The notes under the pieces: model-generated | What the model saw: only the letters and a program-made list of their open reading frames with translations | What the model was told of the DNA's origin: nothing | Databases searched by the model: none | Translations under genes and position numbers: made by a program | Shown: positions 54,001-59,900 of the stretch, in pieces | How positions within the stretch are numbered: the stretch's first letter is position 1 | How the letters are laid out: each line of letters opens with the position of its first letter | NCBI GenBank assembly: GCA_002269645.1 | Contig: NIVC01004116.1 | Coordinates: forward strand, 1-59,900 | DNA length: 59,900 bases | DNA from: Macrostomum lignano | Lineage: Eukaryota | Reading direction: 5' to 3'

Positions 54001-55574
54001 ATATTATTATCTATGTACAAGTAGAACGACAGAGAGTAGAACAACAGAGAGTAGAACAGCAGAGAGTAGAACAGCAGAGAGTATAACAGCTGAGAGTAGA
54101 ACAGCAGAGAGTAGAACAACTGAGAGTAGAACAGCAGAGAGTAGAACAGCTGAGAGTAGAGCAGCAGAGAGTAGAACAGCAGAGAGTAGAGCAGCTGAGA
54201 GTAGAACAGCCGAGAGTGGAACAGCAGAGAGTAGAACAGTAGAGAGTAGAACAGCTGATAGTAGAACAGCTGAGAGTAGAACAGCAGAGAGTAGAACAGC
54301 AGAGAGTAGAGCAGCTGAGAGTAGAACAGCCGAGAGTGGAACAGCAGAGAGTAGAACAGTAGAGAGTAGAACAGCTGATAGTAGAACAGCTGAGAGTAGA
54401 ACAGCAGAGAGTAGAACAGCAGAGAGTAGAGCAGCTGAGAGTAGAACAGCCGAGAGTGGAACAGCAGAGAGTAGAACAGTAGAGAGTAGAACAGCTGATA
54501 GTAGAACAGCTGAGAGTAGAACAGCAGAGAGTAGAACAGCAGAGAGTAGAACAGCTGATAGTAGAACAGCAGAGAGTAGAACAGCAGAGAGTAGAACAGC
54601 AGAGAGTAGAACAGCTGATAGTAGAACAGTAGAGAGTAGAATAGCATAACGGTAAAGCAGTAGGTGAAATACCATTACTGTAGTGATAATAAATTTCACT
54701 AACCGCAAATGTTCCCTAGTCGTCATGGCAACCGCAAACCCATATGTCACTAACAAAAATTTATAAATCCGCAGCGCTCTCCGACCGGCGAGCTCCCAGC
54801 CTCAGTCCGCCAGCAGCATCGCTAGGCCGCATCCGCAGTCTGCCACCGCCGCTTTTAAGGTAGGCAGTTTCTTCTGTTGCTTTTTTGTTGTGGTTATTGT
54901 TGTTGTTTCTGTTGCTTGCTGTTACAATGGCTATGGAAACTTTTACTCATTTTTATTTATCTTTAGCTATAGTTGCATCTGTATCTCTGTCAATCTTATC
55001 GAACAGCTGCATTGATTTCTTAATCCCCATATGGATAATCCCACTCTCGCGTGCCCAGTTTGATGCCTGGTCCCCGACCCCAGTCCCTGCCGCCGCTGCC
55101 GAAGCTGCGAAGCTCAACGCCGATTCGCAGTCTTCTGGCGGCAGCGACTCCGACTCTGACAACGACAACGAAGACGTTGCTGCTGTTGATGGCAATGAAG
55201 CTTCATCGACAGCAACTTCGTCGAGGTCCTCCGCTGCAGCTGAGGTCTCTACCCCGATGTCGCCTTCAATGTCGCCACTGAGACCGACGCAGCAGCCGCA
55301 GCCGCCGCCTGTAGCTCCGCGTCGAGGCTCGGGCATCCGGCCGCCGGCTCCCGTGCCCGGATTTGTCGCCAAGCAGCCAGCCTCGCCGCCTCCGAGCGTC
55401 GTTGCAACGACCCCAGCCGCGGCGGCCGCCGCTGGATCGCGAATCCCCATCGCCGCTCAGCCGGCAATCGTCGGCGCCGTCGGCGGCGCCAAGTCGTCCG
55501 GTGGTGGAAATGGCAGCGTCGGCCGACCGTCGGGCATCCCGACGCCTGTGCAGTTTCAACTGGTGCGTGGCTGA
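41773..55574 (+). CDS. EPB41L5: EPB41L5/EPB41L4B (yurt/mosaic eyes)-type FERM-FA protein, 14 coding exons, about 744 aa
   Basis: Exons 41773-41895, 42406-42565, 43078-43159, 43255-43355, 44732-44858, 44942-45035, 49062-49150, 49261-49330, 49759-50135, 52273-52382, 52723-52879, 53302-53445, 54775-54859, 55059-55574, all in phase. [33 protein letters not shown]...[29 protein letters not shown] region SRF...RFERRPS. Low-complexity exons 10-14 are supported by phase only. Confidence 0.9.
42725..43010. repeat. About 17-bp minisatellite (TCCATGACCCAAACT[A/G]), FERM intron 2
   Basis: Direct inspection. Confidence 0.85.
43540..44490. repeat. About 29-30-bp minisatellite (AAAGTACACTGAAAGTCTG...) with alternating variants, FERM intron 4
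   Basis: Direct inspection. Confidence 0.88.
45130..46335. repeat. 23-bp minisatellite (TTCCATAATTGAGTCATGAACTG), about 52 copies, FERM intron 6
   Basis: Direct inspection; most units contain TGAGTCA. Confidence 0.92.
46835..48575. repeat. 19-20-bp minisatellite (GTGAGGGG[G]TTGTAGCCTA), about 88 copies, FERM intron 6
   Basis: Direct inspection; early units match the SINE head sequence GGATTGTAGCCTAGTG. Confidence 0.93.
48590..48800 (+). mobile_element. SINE family B body directly following the 19-bp array
   Basis: GCGATTCACAGGCATGAGGGCCAACCCCAAAGGCACAGAGATGTACATGCC...TATTGGCGCGCTTG...CTCAGGAGTCAGC. Confidence 0.8.
49412..49690. repeat. About 30-bp minisatellite (TAATCCTCATTTGAGGCATTTAATC...), FERM intron 8
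   Basis: Direct inspection. Confidence 0.85.
50153..50715. repeat. 22-bp minisatellite (ACAGGGTGAAGCTGACAGGATG), FERM intron 9
   Basis: Direct inspection; begins about 18 nt after the donor at 50136. Confidence 0.9.
50931..51001. repeat. (CT)n microsatellite
   Basis: Direct inspection. Confidence 0.9.
51481..51815 (+). mobile_element. tRNA-derived SINE, family A, full length
   Basis: GGTGGCCGTAGCCTAGTGG (A box), GGCTCGATTCCAAG (B box), central hairpin; homologous to 1-340 and 56919-57270. Confidence 0.88.
52495..52640. repeat. 32-bp repeat (GGGATTGAGCCATTGTGCGTACATTAGGGTAA), about 4 copies
   Basis: Direct inspection. Confidence 0.85.
52894..53180. repeat. 16-bp minisatellite (GGGGATTGTGAAGCTT), FERM intron 11
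   Basis: Direct inspection; begins about 14 nt after the donor at 52880. Confidence 0.9.
54020..54645. repeat. 15-bp minisatellite (GAGAGTAGAACAGCA) with higher-order repeat, FERM intron 12
   Basis: Direct inspection; a 120-bp block of variant units recurs about three times. Confidence 0.9.
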
Positions 55575-55701
55575 CGTCGGTTATTTGCATTGCCAACGGT
55601 CCTTGGGTTTGGGTTCGAGTCTGCTTTTCGTACAATTCATTGCCCGAGGGCCAATCTTTATGGCATAGAGTGTACACGCTGCTTGACGATGATACATTCA
55701 G

Positions 55702-56195
55702 GTACAGCCTGTGTGAGCGTGTACACCTTGTGTGAGCGTGTTCACCCTGTGTGAGTTTGTACACATTGTGTGAGCATTTACACTCTGTACACCCTCTGTG
55801 AGTTTGTACACCTTCTGTGAGTTTGTACACCCTGTGTGAGTTTGTACACCCTGTGTGAGTTTGTACACCCTGTGTGAGTTTGTACACCCTGTGTGAGTTT
55901 GTACACCCTGTGTGAGTTTGTACACCCTGTGTGAGTTTGTACACCCTGTGTGAGTTTGTACACCCTGTGTGAGTTTGTACACCTTCTGTGAGTTTGTACA
56001 CCCTCTGTGAGTTTGTACACCCTGTGTGAGTTTGTACACCTTCTGTGAGTTTGTACACCCTCTGTGAGTTTGTACACCCTGTGTGAGTTTGTACACCCTC
56101 TGTGAGTTTGTACACCCTCTGTGAGTTTGTACACCCTGTGTGAGTTTGTACACCGTGTGTGAGCATTTACACTCTATGCACCCTGTCTGAGCGTG
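55702..56195. repeat. 19-bp minisatellite (CCTGTGTGAGTTTGTACAC)
   Basis: Direct inspection; the unit matches the SINE segment TGTACACCCTGTGTGAG. Confidence 0.9.
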
Positions 56196-56918
56196 TACCT
56201 AAGTAACGTATCTGTGTTTGTGTGCGTCTGCGTGCTCTGGGTTTAGCTGAATGAGCACGACCGCTTGCCTCCATGGGGGTTCGATACAGAGTCGTGCTTG
56301 GCATTGTTGAGCTACCCCATGGACATCTCGAGCTAGAGATCTGGAAAGAAGTTTGTAAAAAAATGGGCTGGTCTCACATAGTATGGGAGATAAACTACTA
56401 ACAAGTAGTTGTTCTAGCGTTATACATTATTAGAAGTGAGGTCCTTCTAGGTGAGGTCCTTCTAGTTGAGGTCCTTAATCGTTCAAAATAAAACTTGTAA
56501 TGGTTCACATGACCAAGAGTCTTACCCCTGATGTAAGCCTTGCCTGTATGTGTGTTTGTTACTACCAATAGCAGTGCATGTAATTTCAGAAACTGTAACC
56601 TTGTCAGTTCAGCTTGCTTCACTAAAAGGTAACGCAGAGAAGTCAACCAGTTAGAGGCGTCTGCAATTAATCAATATTAATCCGAGTCGAAATTAATTCC
56701 TGCTTGATCTCTACAGCTACGAGCGTAAAGCGCAAAATCTAAAATCCAAAAATTGACATTTTGCATCTTCTTAAAAACACAATCTTTGATTTCTTTGACA
56801 GCTAGCAGCTTTTTGTGCAGTGTTTCTGTTGCACCATTTCATTGTTCTCTTTACTATTTTACTCTTTTGGTGTTGTGCTTTTGTTAATAAACTGCAATGT
56901 TGGTTTTCTATTTCGACT

Positions 56919-57270
56919 GGGGAGGCCGTAGCCCAGTGGTCGAAAAGTGCGGCGCTCTGATGTGCCAGCGGCCCAGGCTCGATTCCAAGTGCAGTCACAT
57001 TAATTTGGGGCTAAATTGGGATCTCGGCTTGGCTCTGCTCGTGCAATTAACGGCCCTGAGGGCCAACTCCCAAGGCACAGTGAAGTGTACATGCCTAACG
57101 ATAATATAAAGTTAGGGCCGCTGTACACTCCTGTGTGAGTGTGTGCCTGTGCGTATGACTGCGTACGTATCCGCGCGCTTGTGTGCCTGCTCAGGGGAGT
57201 CGGCGGAATGGGCAGCAATGCCTCTCGCCGGTTGTGTGACAAATGTCGCTCAAAGTGCGCCAGGGGACAT
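56919..57270 (+). mobile_element. tRNA-derived SINE, family A, full length
   Basis: GGAGGCCGTAGCCCAGTGG...GGCTCGATTCCAAG...; aligns with 51481-51815. Confidence 0.88.
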
Positions 57271-57274
57271 AGGT

Positions 57275-57650
57275 CATGACACTGACACAGGCTGACACGA
57301 GCCATGACATAGGCCATGAGACAGGCTATGACACATGGTATGACACACAGGGTATGACTGGGTATGACACAGGGTATGACACAGGGTATGACACAGGCTA
57401 TGACACAGGGTATGACACAGGATATGACACAGGGTATGATACAGGGTATGATACAGGGTATGACACAGGGTATGACACACAGGGTATGACAAAAGGGTAT
57501 GACACAGGGTATGACACAGGGTATGACACAGGGTATGACACAGGGTATGACACAGGGTATGACACAGGGTATGACACAGGGTATGACACAGGCTGACACA
57601 GGGTATGACACAGGCTGACACAGGCTGACACAGGGTATGACACAGGCTAG
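57275..57650. repeat. 12-bp minisatellite (GGGTATGACACA) at the SINE 3' end
   Basis: Direct inspection. Confidence 0.9.
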
Positions 57651-57831
57651 GACAATGATCCAGTGCGGTTGTTTGCAGTTATGATTCAATTACTCGTATA
57701 TATTATTATTGTCAGTAAAACCTCTACTCGTAATTAAAGTTGAAACTATAAGTTGCAAACCTATATATAATTAATGTTTTTCTTCACCGAATTCTTAAAA
57801 AGATCCCTTCATCCTCTCCATGGTTTTCCAG

Positions 57832-58023
57832 CAGCCGCAGCAGCAGCCGCAGCAGCAGCCGCACTCCCAGACATCGTCAGCCAATCGGCACAAGGTCAAC
57901 CGTCGAGCTGGGCGGCCCATCGTTGCTACTAACAGTAGTGCTATTAGTAGCAGTAGTAGTAGCTACAGTAGTCAACCGCATTACGCGTCAAGTAGGCCCG
58001 TTCGTTTGAGTACCCTTTTGTAG
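57832..58023 (+). CDS. Candidate terminal exon of the FERM gene (ends RPVRLSTLL*)
   Basis: Acceptor TTTTCCAG| in phase 0 matches a phase-0 donor CTG|GTGCGT at 55563; open frame to TAG; C-terminal T-x-L is a class I PDZ-ligand shape. Confidence 0.5.
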   Translation, partial: QPQQQPQQQPHSQTSSANRHKVNRRAGRPIVATNSSAISSSSSSYSSQPHYASSRPVRLSTLL

Positions 58024-58164
58024 CAACTGACTCACCACCTCATGTTTCTGTCGAGGGTCGAGGGTCAATTTCTCTTGATTGTCATTAAAATAGCGTAGAG
58101 TTTTTGGTCTAATTTTGAATTTTTTGAGTTTAAAACAGCTTTGGTATTCTTCAATATTTTTTTA

Positions 58165-59255
58165 GATAATTCACTTAGTTTTGGGGTTATTCACTTAGGT
58201 TTGAGATCGTTCACTTAGGCTTGGGATCATTCACTTAGGCTTGGGTTATTCACTTAGGTTTGGGATCGTTCACTTAGGCTTGGGATCATTCACTTAGGCT
58301 TGGGTTATTCACTTAGGTTTAGGATCGTTCACTTAGGCTTGGGATCATTCACTTAGGCTTGGGTTATTCACTTAGGTTTGGGATCATTCATTTAGGCTTG
58401 GGTTATTCACTTAGGTTTGGGATCGTTCACTTGAGCTTGAGATCATTCACTTAGGTTTGTGATCATTCACTTAGGCTTGAGATCATTCACTTAGGCTTGG
58501 GTTATTCACTTAGGTTTGGGATCGTTCACTTAGGCTTGGGATCATTCACTTAGGCTTGGGTTATTCACTTAGGTTTGGGATCGTTCATTTAGGCTTGGGA
58601 TCGTTCACTTAGGCTTGAGATCATTCACTTAGGCTTGGGTTATTCACTTAGGTTTGGGATCATTCATTTAGGCTTGAGATCATTCACTTAGGCTTGGGTT
58701 ATTCACTTAGGTTTGGGATCATTCATTTAGGCTTGGGTTATTCACTTAGGTTTGGGATCGTTCACTTAGGCTTGGGATCATTCACTTAGGCTTGGGTTAT
58801 TCACTTAGGTTTGGGATCGTTCACTTAGGCTTGGGATCATTCACTTAGGCTTGGGTTATTCACTTAGGTTTGGGATCGTTCACTTAGGCTTGGGATCGTT
58901 CACTTAGGCTTGAGATCATTCACTTAGGCTTGGGTTATTCACTTAGGTTTGGGATCATTCACTTAGGCTTGGGTTATTCACTTAGGTTTGGGATCATTCA
59001 CTTGAGCTTGAGATCATTCACTTAGGTTTGTGATCATTCACTTAGGCTTGAGATCATTCACTTAGGTTTGGGATCATTCACTTAGGTTTGGGATCATTCA
59101 CTTGAGCTTGAGATCATTCACTTAGGTTTGTGATCATTCACTTAGGCTTGAGATCATTCACTTAGGTTTGGGATCATTCACTTAGGCTTGAGATCATTCA
59201 CTTAGGCTTGGGATCATTCACTTAGTATTTTGTGATGCTTGAATAACTTTACAGA
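58165..59255. repeat. 20-bp minisatellite (CATTCACTTAGGCTTGGGAT), about 54 copies
   Basis: Direct inspection. Confidence 0.92.
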
Positions 59256-59900
59256 TCATTCACAGAGTTATTCTACATTTGCTAACCATTATTCGGATAA
59301 AGAATGATTCGGATAAATTGTCTCTAATAAGTATTACTTTCGCTAGTTTAGTTGTAAATTTTGCGACAAAAACTAATTTATGTTTTGTACTAAACTATTT
59401 ATCGCGTATTACTTTTGTCACTAAAATGATTATGATTTATTTAATCACACATTCCCTATTGGCTGTGCTAGCTGCGAATGGTGTACGGTAGGCCAGCCCG
59501 TGTTTACACATTAAATTGTGATTCGAAGTCATGTATTTATTTCAGTTTTATAATTATATGTGTACTGTTTTACTATTTAAAATCTGGTACACGCTTTTAT
59601 TATAAAAATATTCATAATTGTTTTATTTACTCGCATTGGCGCCTACTTAACGCGAGTTATTATTTAGTAGTCTATTGAGGATTGCGTGTGATGATTTCTA
59701 GTGGACATTCAATACACATTCAATCTTTGCAGCTAACTGTTTTTTGTCGCATTGATCTGCGGGGGGATGTTCGGGGGCCAATGTATTACTGACCTAAGCC
59801 TAAGCTAAGCAATCCAACTATATACTAATATTGATTGTGTCAAACTTATTTCTGTTAGCCCAGAAATCAACATACTTTCATCTACTATGAGTAATGTGTA

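Noticed and set aside
58165-59255. Telomere-like TTAGG(C/T) within the 20-bp array
   Set aside because: It is a single pentamer per unit within unrelated sequence, not a tandem telomeric tract.

Overview
Eukaryotic (metazoan) genomic DNA. GC-rich exons and minisatellite-packed introns suggest a flatworm such as Macrostomum; the species is an inference. Four intact spliced genes were reconstructed by hand on the + strand, each with GT-AG sites and consistent codon phases: a BNIP3/NIX-type mitophagy receptor (9727-13913, 168 aa), an NDR/STK38/tricornered kinase (22089-24963, 446 aa), a 7-EC non-clustered protocadherin (30635-38962, about 1085 aa), and an EPB41L5/yurt-type FERM-FA protein (41773-55574, possibly extending to 58023). 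A fifth, unidentified 4-exon gene on the - strand (4402-1406) carries several 1-nt frameshifts. The rest of the window holds tRNA-derived SINEs (including a MIR-like CORE-SINE), two related solo LTRs, a hAT-like MITE, a second MITE, two RNase H/CCHC LINE fragments (one 5'-inverted with a 13-bp TSD) and about 30 micro/minisatellites. Most long ORFs in the supplied track are artefacts of these tandem repeats. The most unusual observations are: (i) tandem repeats that copy real 5' splice sites, in frame in the protocadherin tail and out of frame at the kinase HRD loop; (ii) a 33-46 bp palindromic element with CAAGG...TTG ends and an 8-bp target duplication; (iii) minisatellites seeded from SINE parts; (iv) a twin-priming LINE insertion. 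All homology calls come from recalled motifs, not database searches. Repeat boundaries are approximate.
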